Shown here: piece after piece, positions 25,421-34,772 of the stretch
How the letters are laid out: the number at the start of each line of letters is the position of its first letter
Position numbering within the stretch: position 1 is the stretch's first letter
Virus record (IMG/VR): IMGVR_UViG_3300042691_044383
Coordinates: 62,001 to 116,632 of that record
Reading direction: 5' to 3' (one strand)
DNA length: 54,632 nucleotides
Source: an uncultured virus (IMG/VR IMGVR_UViG_3300042691_044383)
Taxonomy: Duplodnaviria; Heunggongvirae; Uroviricota; Caudoviricetes
The notes under the pieces: generated by a model
Seen by the model: only the letters and a program-made list of their open reading frames with translations
Told to the model about the DNA's origin: nothing
Databases searched by the model: none
Made by a program: the position numbers and the translations under genes

Positions 25421-26014
25421 CTAGCTCAAAGTGGTTTGCCATTCAATTCCGATCTGGCTGGAAGGCAATTTTTGTTGCTGATCCGCCGTGGTGTAATACC
25501 AGCTGCTATAAAGCAAGTCTTGCGTAAAATCCGTGGCGTCAACAAGTGCCACAAGGCTACCACCGAACACGACCGAGTTCGCTGCGGCAGAAAAAGGTTT
25601 CCCGTGCACGCCGACCGAGCCGCTGCTTCTTGCGAAATAGGACATCCGGTTATCCGTAAGACCTTCGCCGTCCGAGCTGAGCTCCGCCGAGATGACCGGA
25701 ATACGCAGATAGTCGCGGTTCGAGCTAAGCGAGAGACCGTTGTAGTAGCTGACATCTCGCGTGCGATCGAAGGTAGGCGGACTTACCGGGTCGCCAGGAT
25801 TGTCCGTGTTTTCAAACTCCAAGTACATGCCGCTAATCCGGTACCGGCTATCTCCGCTCGTCAACAGCTTTGCTGCGATAGTTGCCCACTGGTAAAGAAT
25901 CAAGTTAGGCTTAAAGTCCGTTGTCGGAGCCCACTTAAACGGAGGCAGCGTTAAATCTTCAACCTTGTAAGCTCGAACTCGTCCAGCCACGCCCGTACAA
26001 AACTTGGCAGTCAT
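25421..26014 (-). CDS. Baseplate peripheral protein
   Basis: TAATG overlap with the upstream gene, PNLIL N-terminal motif and a C-terminal IGIEW strand. Assignment relies on gene position. Confidence 0.55.
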   Translation of the reverse strand: MTAKFCTGVAGRVRAYKVEDLTLPPFKWAPTTDFKPNLILYQWATIAAKLLTSGDSRYRISGMYLEFENTDNPGDPVSPPTFDRTRDVSYYNGLSLSSNRDYLRIPVISAELSSDGEGLTDNRMSYFARSSGSVGVHGKPFSAAANSVVFGGSLVALVDATDFTQDLLYSSWYYTTADQQQKLPSSQIGIEWQTTLS

Positions 26015-27573
26015 TAAACGCACCTTCCACTGATTGATTTTATTTTTGACTCTTCAGTTACGTATGCTTCGTATCCAAGCGACTCGGAAACGGTTAAACA
26101 CTGGAAGTTTTCAAAGCTTTCAGTGTACCCTGGCGACTCCGGCGTACCGTAACCTTCCATGATGATAGGGTTGTCGGCATACGCTAAGTCCACCAGCAAG
26201 ATCATCAACGTGTGCGGTGGCATCACCTTTCGAAGCTGCGACACAGGCACAAATTCTAGCCTATTCTGCAGTTTGCTTCCAGGTTTAACTTTCACGATGA
26301 AAACGTTGAACCGGAGCAGGTTGTCTACCAGAAACTTCAACGGGTTGATCTCCGCAGGCAAAGAGTCAGCCGTCGGCTGGCCGACAGGGTTCTCCCGCAC
26401 GTCTAGCAGCATCGCTAATGTTTCGTTCTTAGCTATGCCGTTTGCGTGGACATCCTCCCAAAACTTCGAAACGTCTCGCGGAAAGCCGCCCAAATCCCAG
26501 GTGACCTTGGTATAGCCGTCGACATCAAGTTCTGTTTGTACCGGGACGTTTGCGTTCGAAAAAACGAGGCCGTCGTGATACCCCTTCGTCAGCATACCGG
26601 TGTCCATCGTTAAACTGTCGACGCCGCAATTAACGTCGAATCCCCGGTTAAGCTCAATGATTTCGAACGTGTCAGTGAGCGACTGGCCTGCGTAAACCGT
26701 CTGCCCGACGGAAACGACAGGCGTTGCCGTGGAAGGATATGCATACACGTTTGAGTTCGTTATCACTTTCAAACCTGTTGCGTCGGTGGCAATGGCTTCG
26801 ACAACTTCCGTTGCATCGATCACTAGAGGTATGCCAAAGACAGCGGCCAAAGCTTGTTGCTGCGAACGAGCGCTGGTCCCCTCGTTAAAGCTTTCGAGTA
26901 CAGCGTTCACCAGCGTCTTGTAGCCTGCGCTGGATCGCATAGGCAAATTCAGAGCGTAACCGAACTGGTCGTAAATGTAATTCCAGTCCCACTTAGATCG
27001 ATAAAACCACAAGGTAATTTCAGTGTCAACGATCTCCCCAACCGCGTTCAATATTTCCTTCTTCGGAATGTCCGGGTTGTCGAACGGGTTAGCGACAAAA
27101 ACAACTGTGTTTTCTTCCAGCCAGAAGTCGATGCCGTTAAGCATCTGCACCGTAGGCTGCGTGACCTGTTCAAATACGACGGAGCACTCTACAAGCTCGC
27201 GAGGCTTACTGATCGCGTAATAACGAGAAGTCGGTATTTGTCCGTAGAAAAGTTCAGCTTGGCTTTTGTACTTGTAGGCTGTTCCCGTGAGATAACGCGC
27301 AAGCAAACTTATGTCGGTGTTAAGAGCTGAACGTCTTACCTGCACTGCGTACCAGTCGTCTTGATGATAGACAGGCACGTTTTTTCGTGAAACGCTGTTT
27401 ACTAGCTCAAGGAACTGCGTGTTGACTTGCTGGTATAGCTGCCCGACAACGTTACTGATATCCGAAACCAGGCCGTTACCCTGGTAAAGCGAAGCCCAAA
27501 AGCTACCCAGTACGCTCAGCAGCGAGTCAGGTCTATCGAAGTCATTCTGAGGATACTTGTAAAGTTGCGGCAT
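26014..27573 (-). CDS. Baseplate wedge subunit (putative)
   Basis: LLSVLGSFW N-terminus and LRKVMPPHT C-terminal motif, like P2 gpI/T4 gp7-type wedge proteins. Confidence 0.55.
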   Translation of the reverse strand: MPQLYKYPQNDFDRPDSLLSVLGSFWASLYQGNGLVSDISNVVGQLYQQVNTQFLELVNSVSRKNVPVYHQDDWYAVQVRRSALNTDISLLARYLTGTAYKYKSQAELFYGQIPTSRYYAISKPRELVECSVVFEQVTQPTVQMLNGIDFWLEENTVVFVANPFDNPDIPKKEILNAVGEIVDTEITLWFYRSKWDWNYIYDQFGYALNLPMRSSAGYKTLVNAVLESFNEGTSARSQQQALAAVFGIPLVIDATEVVEAIATDATGLKVITNSNVYAYPSTATPVVSVGQTVYAGQSLTDTFEIIELNRGFDVNCGVDSLTMDTGMLTKGYHDGLVFSNANVPVQTELDVDGYTKVTWDLGGFPRDVSKFWEDVHANGIAKNETLAMLLDVRENPVGQPTADSLPAEINPLKFLVDNLLRFNVFIVKVKPGSKLQNRLEFVPVSQLRKVMPPHTLMILLVDLAYADNPIIMEGYGTPESPGYTESFENFQCLTVSESLGYEAYVTEESKIKSISGRCV

Positions 27574-27895
27574 CGGCTTTTTCTTGGAATAGCTTGTCTA
27601 GAAAGTAATCGATAGCAAGCTTCATTGTAGCCGACAGCAGAACTTGCAGTAATAGCGTTAGAATGACGCCGCCCGTGATGAACTTGTAGGCCTTCTTTTC
27701 AAGTTGAGCGCGATTAGCGTTTGGGTTTTCCTCCCAAGCTTGTTTGACCGCGTCCATTGCCCTGCGAACGTCTGCCCGCTCCTTTTCAATGCGAAATATT
27801 TCCCGGCTACGATTTTTGCCTACGGCTTGCATGTAGGTTAAATCGTCCAGGTTGCGCGAAGCGCAGAATGCCGTCGCCGTCTTTTCCCAATCCAT
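27542..27895 (-). CDS. Small membrane protein
   Basis: C-terminal hydrophobic helix FITGGVILTLLLQVLLSATMKLAI. Confidence 0.65.
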   Translation of the reverse strand: MDWEKTATAFCASRNLDDLTYMQAVGKNRSREIFRIEKERADVRRAMDAVKQAWEENPNANRAQLEKKAYKFITGGVILTLLLQVLLSATMKLAIDYFLDKLFQEKADAATLQVSSE

Positions 27896-27896
27896 A

Positions 27897-28214
27897 CTAA
27901 TCCTCTGCTTTCAAAAGCACGTCGATGGGCGAGTTATCGATTTCGACCTTAAGGCCGCCGCCGACGTTTTTTACACCAGATATCGTCGTCTTTACCATTA
28001 TCGGGCCGACTTTCACTCGCACCTTCACGGGAGGATTGAAGCGAAGGACACCTGCCTGCAAAGTTACTTCCTGCAAGTTGGAAAAGTCCGCCGTACCGCC
28101 GTTGAAATCTACGCACCCTGTTTGCAACAATTGCGACAGGGTGGAATGCAACTTCTCGGGTATGCCGACCGGGTAGTTTAACATTATTGGGGACACGGTT
28201 GCCCTTGCGGGCAT
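27897..28214 (-). CDS. Hypothetical beta-rich protein
   Basis: 105-aa ORF tiling between its neighbours. Confidence 0.65.
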   Translation of the reverse strand: MPARATVSPIMLNYPVGIPEKLHSTLSQLLQTGCVDFNGGTADFSNLQEVTLQAGVLRFNPPVKVRVKVGPIMVKTTISGVKNVGGGLKVEIDNSPIDVLLKAED

Positions 28215-28789
28215 GTGCTGTAGGTACGATTTCTGCGAAAAACTGTCGGGGCTCGGTTTGTTGCGTAGTATTGAGTCACAGGGGCAGCGTTCACGGATCG
28301 AATCTGCGAGCCATAAGCCGAGTAGCCGTTATGCAAATTATCGTGCATGGCTTGCAGTTCGGTCATGGTTTTTCCGTCTACGTTCAAACCGTGAACTTGC
28401 CGAAGGTGATCCGCAAGCTCAACGAGTGTGTAGTTCCAGTCACCTTCTACGTTCCAGTTTGAGCCCGGCATGCGTGTTACGCTCCCGTTTGAAAATGTCG
28501 GAGCGTCAACGCGTACGTTAGCCGCTTGCACAGGCTTTGCAAGCACTGTATTCGCTTGCGGCTCTTTCGCCTTCGCTTGAAGATCGTTGACGGCTTGTTC
28601 GATACGTTCCAGTGTCGAACGGTAACTTTGCAACTCCGACATTGTCTCGCTGTGGGACTGTTGGATGGATTCCGTGACCGCAGCGTTGAAGCGTTCAACG
28701 AGATCGTCTTTCAACGGTTGCGGTGAAGGTGAGCACCCTAGCAAGAACAGTAAAGCGGCGGTAAAAAAACTAGCTACCAATTTCTTCAT
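28184..28789 (-). CDS. Lipoprotein with a coiled coil and His-rich domain
   Basis: GAGGAG before ATG 28789, lipobox MKKLVASFFTAALLFLLG|C, HLRQVHG...MHDNLHN, C-terminal CPQGQPCPQ. Confidence 0.8.
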   Translation of the reverse strand: MKKLVASFFTAALLFLLGCSPSPQPLKDDLVERFNAAVTESIQQSHSETMSELQSYRSTLERIEQAVNDLQAKAKEPQANTVLAKPVQAANVRVDAPTFSNGSVTRMPGSNWNVEGDWNYTLVELADHLRQVHGLNVDGKTMTELQAMHDNLHNGYSAYGSQIRSVNAAPVTQYYATNRAPTVFRRNRTYSTCPQGQPCPQ

Positions 28790-29726
28790 CGTCAAACTCC
28801 TCGTAGTCATCTGCCTCATTCGTCGGTTCTTCGTGACTGTCCGCCTCATGCATGTGGAGTAACTCGAGCAGATGCTCTCGCTCTTCTTCCGCCAGATGCT
28901 CTCGCTCTTCTTCCGCTTCGACTTCGGCGGACTTTTCCGTTATCTTGAAGTATGGCGAATTACTGTACCAATCTACAGGCACAGGCTCTTTGGATCCCAT
29001 AAGGCCGATCGCAGTAGTCCAACTGTCAGCAAGCATGGCCTTCCAAGCGCTCGGCGTGATCAAGTACTGCCCATCCCCGTGCGAATTCATTGCACGAAGG
29101 TCGCCGTCACGGGTGTAGCCTAGGATGCACATGGCGTGACCGCCGCGACCTGGAACGAAACGACGGATCACTCGGTCGGAGGGTATTGTCGAACCCCCGT
29201 AACGAATACCGAAGTTGATGGCACCCCCGCCACCAATGAAGTCAAGTAATTCGTCGTGATCGGGAGAAACCTGCCACGCAGATTTTGCCTTGTACTCAGC
29301 ACCCGCCTTGTAATTAGCTTCACTCAAAATCTCGTTGCGTTCGGCTCGGCCAGGGTATGCCCGAGGGTACCCTGTCAACTTCTCCAGCGGACACCCGGTC
29401 TCTATCGCCAGCTTCGCGCCGCCGGAAACCGTTGACCCGTTGTCAGACCCGAGAAGCCCGTCGATCTTCTGTGTTGCCAGGTACGCAAAGATTCTGGAGA
29501 GCTGCACCTTCTTGCCGGCCACGAAAGCGCAGCGTTCTAGTACCGAGGAAAGCGAGTTGCCTTGGCAACTTCCGATCTGAAACTGATTTTCCTCGCGGTG
29601 CCAGTCGATAGCCACTTCGGAGGGCCGCCGGAAAGACCGCCACACACTACTTTGCATCGGTAAAACAGGCAGCGACTTCAAGTACTTGCGATCTTCTCGC
29701 TCGAAATTGTAACTCGTAAAAATCAT
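28770..29726 (-). CDS. Papain-like (C1) cysteine peptidase
   Basis: VAIDW...NQFQIGSC (oxyanion Gln and catalytic Cys), LSRIFAY, GGHAMCILGY (His), MNSHG (Asn), acidic tail. Confidence 0.85.
   Translation of the reverse strand: MIFTSYNFEREDRKYLKSLPVLPMQSSVWRSFRRPSEVAIDWHREENQFQIGSCQGNSLSSVLERCAFVAGKKVQLSRIFAYLATQKIDGLLGSDNGSTVSGGAKLAIETGCPLEKLTGYPRAYPGRAERNEILSEANYKAGAEYKAKSAWQVSPDHDELLDFIGGGGAINFGIRYGGSTIPSDRVIRRFVPGRGGHAMCILGYTRDGDLRAMNSHGDGQYLITPSAWKAMLADSWTTAIGLMGSKEPVPVDWYSNSPYFKITEKSAEVEAEEEREHLAEEEREHLLELLHMHEADSHEEPTNEADDYEEFDDEEIGS
28869..28916. repeat. Perfect 24-nt tandem duplication
   Basis: cagatgctctcgctcttcttccgc occurs twice, encoding AEEEREHL twice. Confidence 0.9.
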
Positions 29727-30112
29727 TATTTTGCATAGCTCCGTAACAGGGACTCGTGCGACTCTTTGGACCAGCCGCCTTTGTTTTTGAAGTAGTCGGC
29801 CTCGGCTCGGGCCAGTTTTTCGAAAGCAAGCTTGCGAGCAGGTTCTTGCCCGGCGGCTTGAAACTCCCAGACTTCTTGTTCAGTTTGCAGTTCGCCTGTG
29901 CTTAACCTGTCGGCAGCTTTTCCTTGGTGGATTCGCCAAAGACTTTCGTAGGTTTCAAAAGCTTCATTCGCTAAATCCGCATTTAGCGTTTTTCGGTTTG
30001 GCGAAAACCAGCTGGTCGGAACCAATAACAAAACACCCAGCAAACCGCAAACCAAAATGGCCCACGGGAAGCTGGGTGTATTTTCTTCGCCTGCGATCCG
30101 TGCAGTATTCAT
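29726..30112 (-). CDS. Single-pass membrane protein
   Basis: FPWAILVCGLLGVLLLVP, then a helical domain. Start moved to ATG 30112. Confidence 0.7.
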   Translation of the reverse strand: MNTARIAGEENTPSFPWAILVCGLLGVLLLVPTSWFSPNRKTLNADLANEAFETYESLWRIHQGKAADRLSTGELQTEQEVWEFQAAGQEPARKLAFEKLARAEADYFKNKGGWSKESHESLLRSYAK

Positions 30113-30123
30113 CAAGATTGCCC

Positions 30124-30465
30124 TTATTGTTTGTTGTGCGTGGCCAGCTTGGCCTCGGCTATCGCGACTTCTGCCTCGGTGAGCTCGCCCTTTGCGTAGC
30201 TCCACCAAACTTCCGGTCCCGCGTTTGGAGCCGTGTTTTCTATGATCTGCAAGTGTTCCGCAAAACCTACCGGAGGCGGCGCATCGCTGCTGCGACCGGA
30301 GTCCTTTCGTTTGTATTCTTCACGGAACGCGTTCGCATTCACTTTGCGTCTCGGGGCGAAATGCCGGTAACTGAAAAAAGCTGCGGCACCCAAAAGACCG
30401 ACAGCTGCGGCAGCCTTTACAGCGTTGACCAGCGTCTCTAAATCCAGCGTAAGTTCAGCAAGCAT
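30124..30465 (-). CDS. Single-pass membrane protein
   Basis: AAAAVGLLGAAAFFSY followed by a basic patch; AAGGA upstream. Confidence 0.7.
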   Translation of the reverse strand: MLAELTLDLETLVNAVKAAAAVGLLGAAAFFSYRHFAPRRKVNANAFREEYKRKDSGRSSDAPPPVGFAEHLQIIENTAPNAGPEVWWSYAKGELTEAEVAIAEAKLATHNKQ

Positions 30466-30475
30466 AAACTTCCTT

Positions 30476-31411
30476 TCAATTGGTAACGATTAACTTCTGA
30501 CCCGGTTGTAACTTTACCTCGATGGTATTTTTGGTTTGAACAATGTTCGACTTGAGCTTCTCTGGGTTTTGGTTGGGCCCGTAAAGCTTCTGTATTCGAG
30601 AGATGTCATCGACCGATTGTGGTGTTCCGACGAACGGGTTGTAGTACGGTGCCATCAAGGCCTGGTTCCTATCCGAATGGAGTAGCCCAAGCAGATGGCC
30701 GAACTCGTGGCATGCAACGTTAGATAACAGTATACCCCGCTCGCCTTTGTTTGCCACCCAGGTTTCTTCCAAGTCGAAACGCATCAGTAGCTTTTCGTTG
30801 TCGCCTCTTGGCATGTAAGCCCAAGCGAGCGTCCCACCTTTTCCATCAAACTGATGTTGAAGGCCTTTCCCTGTGGTGATGACGATGTCCGTGGTTTCGA
30901 CGTCCTTACTTTCGGAAATGTCCAAACCGCACACGTCGTCCCAAGCCTTGAAGGCTTCCTGGAAAATGCGGCGTTGCTCGGATTTAGGTATTTTGCCTCC
31001 GACGTAGTCTGCAACAAAGTAAGTCAAACCTGTTTTGTTCCATCGATCACGTCTTTCAGCTGCAACTTCGGCAGCACGCAAGAATTCTACGTGCTTTCCG
31101 TTGGATTTGTCCAACTTGTCCGGGCAACCGCAGCGAGGAACCTGCATGGCGCGAAGTGTCTCCTCGGTGAGCATTCCGTCTGCTTTTATGCCAAAATATC
31201 GTTGAAAAACCTTAATTCCAGCGTGAATATCGTCCATACTCACGCTTTTCAGCAGTTCGACGGTCAAATAGCCGAAAAAAACCAAGTAATCGGTGGCAAA
31301 CGTGATAGCTTGCTTGTTTTGGCGCGTTTTTGACGTCGCCATGTCGGATTTCGTTAAAATTCTGACGACTTCCGACTTACCACTGACTTTCTTTGGCATT
31401 TTAGGTTGCAA
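30476..31411 (-). CDS. Matrixin (M10A) MMP-like zinc metallopeptidase with prodomain
   Basis: PG-binding-like helices (FQRYFGIKADG), cysteine switch PRCGCPD, FDGKGGTLAWAY, HEFGHLLGLLH, Met-turn ALMAPYY. Confidence 0.92.
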   Translation of the reverse strand: MQPKMPKKVSGKSEVVRILTKSDMATSKTRQNKQAITFATDYLVFFGYLTVELLKSVSMDDIHAGIKVFQRYFGIKADGMLTEETLRAMQVPRCGCPDKLDKSNGKHVEFLRAAEVAAERRDRWNKTGLTYFVADYVGGKIPKSEQRRIFQEAFKAWDDVCGLDISESKDVETTDIVITTGKGLQHQFDGKGGTLAWAYMPRGDNEKLLMRFDLEETWVANKGERGILLSNVACHEFGHLLGLLHSDRNQALMAPYYNPFVGTPQSVDDISRIQKLYGPNQNPEKLKSNIVQTKNTIEVKLQPGQKLIVTN

Positions 31412-33068
31412 CCGGTATTGAGGAGATTACGTTCAAGTTTACGTCTATCGCTTCGGCAAAAAACTGAACTGTCTTGGAGGTTACCATTTTTCCAGGAAGT
31501 TCTGGTATTATCAAGGCGTCATCGCTGCGTAAATACTTGATGGTGCCGTCCGGCATGCGAATCCGACCCAAAAGATCCAGTTCCGTGACGTTCAATCGAC
31601 CTTGCAGGTAGTTGTGCACGGTATCCACGATCAAAGAACCAGGTAACACGCCTTGGAAGTCGACGGAGTTAATCGCCGTCACAATGGCGGACCGAATAGG
31701 CTCTAGCGACGGAGAAACATCGTCAGCAGCCTTGTTTATCGTAAGAGTCACGCTGACAAAGCACGGGACAGGGGCTTTGATCAAGGCATCGGCGCCGTAG
31801 TGCCGGATATCTCGGCTGGAAACAAGATCCTGCAGTTCACGGACATGTGGCGTGCCCGTTATCTCGTAAACATACTCTGCGGTCTGACCGACGGCTAAAT
31901 CTGCAACCGATGTGACCGTATCTGTGAAAAGGATAATTGCGGACTGGAAAGCGGAATATGCGCTCTCCTCTGCTGTTGCAATGTCCGGGGAGAAACCGCT
32001 TGCAGGTAACGCGGTGTAACGCGTGTCCGATACGATACCGAAGCCTGACACGACAGCAGAGTCGGTTGCCTTGCGTATCTTGTCCACCTCGTAAAACCCG
32101 GGAAGAGTTGTCGCCGGAACAGCAAACTGCCACTCACTTGTTCCTGTAAGCGTTGATACCGACATGCAGGTGGCCACGACTGCAACCGTTTTTCGTTGCA
32201 ACGCAGATTGCCCGCGTATGTACCAGTCTACCCTACCGCCGGTAAGCGTCGGGAAGATGGTGTGTTTGTCCCGCAGCATTTCGGGATCGCCACAACCGAC
32301 GATGGATTGATTTGTGACCGACTCGAACTGCGGCAGACTTCGCAAGTAGGCGCGCATGTTCGTGCGGTTCGAGAGCGTTTTTGCCGCGACACCCAGCTGC
32401 AACTCGTTAATAAGCTCTTCGTTTGTCTCGGTGTTGGTTCCGTCCTCGAAAGAAGACGTGGCATAGCTTGTGACGTAGTTAACGACCGCGCGGTTGGGGA
32501 CTATTAGGTCGCCTGCATTCAGCTTCCTGTCGGCACCGATATCCACGGCTTCTACCTCGATCGTGAAAGCGTAGTTGCCGTTGCTAAGTGGAACCAGCAG
32601 CCGGTCGTTGCTCCCCAGTATTTGGGCAGCCGATATTCTTCCGATAAAAGTCGCCGTGGCCAAGTATTGGAAGCCGTTAGCTTCAAACACGCTGTTTTGC
32701 GGTATCGTTAACGGTCGAAGTGCTGAAAGTTCGATCGTGACCGGCCCGCTTGCCTTGGTGCCGGTCTTTCGCACAATACCCCAGTTGGAAAGCACTTCGC
32801 TGACCACAGTTTCGTCAGCGAGCGTCGGATCCTCTTGAATGCGTTGTAGACTTCTTGCAGACTGGTACCGCTCCAAGTTTACGCGAGCGGCAGTACCCAA
32901 AACTGACTGCAAGTAAGCAATGGTGTCGCGGAAAGCTCCTCGGCGTAAATCCAACGTCGGATTCAACGCTTGCAGCTGCGCAATAGTCCGCAGCAGCGTC
33001 TGTTGCACATCGGCTGCATCCAATTGCGAAAGATCGGAGATTTCAAAGTCGGAATAGGTTAGAGTCAT
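31401..33068 (-). CDS. Baseplate J-like wedge protein (T4 gp6-like)
   Basis: RKTGTKASGPVT, IEVEAVDIG, GTNTETNEEL and GRVDWYI motifs. Follows a gp25-like gene. Confidence 0.85.
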   Translation of the reverse strand: MTLTYSDFEISDLSQLDAADVQQTLLRTIAQLQALNPTLDLRRGAFRDTIAYLQSVLGTAARVNLERYQSARSLQRIQEDPTLADETVVSEVLSNWGIVRKTGTKASGPVTIELSALRPLTIPQNSVFEANGFQYLATATFIGRISAAQILGSNDRLLVPLSNGNYAFTIEVEAVDIGADRKLNAGDLIVPNRAVVNYVTSYATSSFEDGTNTETNEELINELQLGVAAKTLSNRTNMRAYLRSLPQFESVTNQSIVGCGDPEMLRDKHTIFPTLTGGRVDWYIRGQSALQRKTVAVVATCMSVSTLTGTSEWQFAVPATTLPGFYEVDKIRKATDSAVVSGFGIVSDTRYTALPASGFSPDIATAEESAYSAFQSAIILFTDTVTSVADLAVGQTAEYVYEITGTPHVRELQDLVSSRDIRHYGADALIKAPVPCFVSVTLTINKAADDVSPSLEPIRSAIVTAINSVDFQGVLPGSLIVDTVHNYLQGRLNVTELDLLGRIRMPDGTIKYLRSDDALIIPELPGKMVTSKTVQFFAEAIDVNLNVISSIPVAT

Positions 33069-33553
33069 AGCTGAACCGCCGGGATTCGTAGTGGAAACAG
33101 AACTTCTCGCGACTCACCAGCCACGCTGTTGAGCTGTATTCTAAGGTAAATCGCATCCCCTATGAAAGAGGCATCCAAAAGCTCCGAAGAAGCATACCGC
33201 TCGTCGTCTGGAAAAGAGGTGTCATCTTCTAAGCGTAAATTGTTTCGCAAGTCCAGTTCGCTAGCTGCGAAAATTTGAAACAGGTCGGCGGACGTCCGGG
33301 CTAACCCGCTCCGGATCTGCGTCATGAAAAAAGTGCCGCGATTAATGTCGTACTGCAGCGAACCCTTATCGGTAAGCAGCTCGAGCAAAAATCGTTGAGC
33401 CAGCTTAGCCGGGCCAGTTATCAACGCTCCGCTTTGACCTTCCTGTACGAGTGCAGGCAAGACTTGCGTGTCACCGGAGGGTTTCGCCCCATCGTACATG
33501 AGAAAATCGACTGTTTTCCCTTTGTATTGCTGAACACTTCCAGAAAAATACAT
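33065..33553 (-). CDS. Baseplate wedge gp25/gpW-like protein
   Basis: ITGPAKLAQRFLLELLTDKGS...RGT...PDDER, with matching size and position. Confidence 0.75.
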   Translation of the reverse strand: MYFSGSVQQYKGKTVDFLMYDGAKPSGDTQVLPALVQEGQSGALITGPAKLAQRFLLELLTDKGSLQYDINRGTFFMTQIRSGLARTSADLFQIFAASELDLRNNLRLEDDTSFPDDERYASSELLDASFIGDAIYLRIQLNSVAGESREVLFPLRIPAVQL

Positions 33554-34017
33554 TATACGGCACCTCCGTCGCCTGTCGCACCTTGGGAAATCAAATCAGT
33601 GAAGTAACGGATAGGTAAACCGGCGATGACCCCGTTGTCACTACCGTGACCGAGCTCTCTTCCCGCCAAGTGCGCAACCGCTCGAGGAAAGGTCTGATAC
33701 CGGGCCCGGTATGCTCGTTCCAACTGCTGCATGTAGTCTATTTGGGAAGGTAAAACGATCATGTCCGATGAATTTCCAATACTGCCGGGCGTAGCAGCCT
33801 TTATCAACGCTTCTTCCGCTTTGTCCGTGTTGAAGACGGCTCTAAGGCCTTTTAAGCCGTTCAGCGTAGTGATGTCAATGTTCGCTATGTCCACAGCAGG
33901 GCGTAACCAACCCACGGGCTTGTTTTGTCGCCGAGCTTGCGCGGCTTTCTTTTTAAGCTTCGCAAGCTGAACCAGGACTTTGCTCAAATTCGGGTCTATA
34001 AGACTTTGTTGTGCCAT
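33553..34017 (-). CDS. Hypothetical protein
   Basis: 154-aa ORF coupled by TAATG to the gp25-like gene. Confidence 0.7.
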   Translation of the reverse strand: MAQQSLIDPNLSKVLVQLAKLKKKAAQARRQNKPVGWLRPAVDIANIDITTLNGLKGLRAVFNTDKAEEALIKAATPGSIGNSSDMIVLPSQIDYMQQLERAYRARYQTFPRAVAHLAGRELGHGSDNGVIAGLPIRYFTDLISQGATGDGGAV

Positions 34018-34021
34018 GCTG

Positions 34022-34756
34022 TTACGAGATAAAAGGTGAAAGAGCTTGTTCTTGGTCTAAAAGACGTTGGATTTTTTCTTTCCGCTGCGTAATAGCCGCT
34101 GGCGTTCGGTTCAGCGCTTTTGCGATCTCTAGGTTGGAAAACTTACGCCTGTTATTCATACCGAGAGTCATTTCTAAAATTTGCTGGTCAATCGGATCTA
34201 AATCTTGATGCACCACCTGTAACCAGAGATCCGAGGCACCGGTGTCGCCAGGAAGCCTGCTGGCCATGCTTTCAAAATTTGATTCCGGACTTTCGGCTTG
34301 ACCCGTGCTGAATCCCGGCTGGTACTTCCTTATCTTGGCGATACGCGGAATCGAAACCCGCATGAAATCGGAAAGCTCTGCATCCGTTGGTTCTCGCCCC
34401 AGCTCATCGGCAAGCTCTTGCGTAGCCGACCGAAGCTTGTGGTTTTCAAGCACAATACGCTCGGGAGCGTTGACAATCTGGTTTTGTTGACGAGATATCC
34501 GCCTGAGTCCCTGCATATTTGTAACAATGTGCGACCGCAGCCTAGACCTTTTAGGATCGTACTTGTTCGCAGCGTCTAAGGCCAATAACCTTGCGCGGCT
34601 TCGCAGCAAAGGGCTGTCGTCACCGTAAGCTTGAAGGCCCTGGTTAATGACAGGGTCGATCGCTTTCAAAAAGGCGGCATTACCGGTTGGCGTCTTATCG
34701 GCCTGCCACGTCTGAAAGGCCGGGCGAAATTCGTCTTCTAAATAATCGTTCATCAT
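34022..34756 (-). CDS. Phage-encoded sigma-70 family factor (FliA/SigF-like)
   Basis: Region 2 ALDAANKYDPKR, region 3 LADELGREPTDAELS, region 4 HTH SNLEIAKALNRTPAAITQR. Confidence 0.88.
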   Translation of the reverse strand: MMNDYLEDEFRPAFQTWQADKTPTGNAAFLKAIDPVINQGLQAYGDDSPLLRSRARLLALDAANKYDPKRSRLRSHIVTNMQGLRRISRQQNQIVNAPERIVLENHKLRSATQELADELGREPTDAELSDFMRVSIPRIAKIRKYQPGFSTGQAESPESNFESMASRLPGDTGASDLWLQVVHQDLDPIDQQILEMTLGMNNRRKFSNLEIAKALNRTPAAITQRKEKIQRLLDQEQALSPFIS

Positions 34757-34772
34757 GCGAAAGGTCTCCGGT

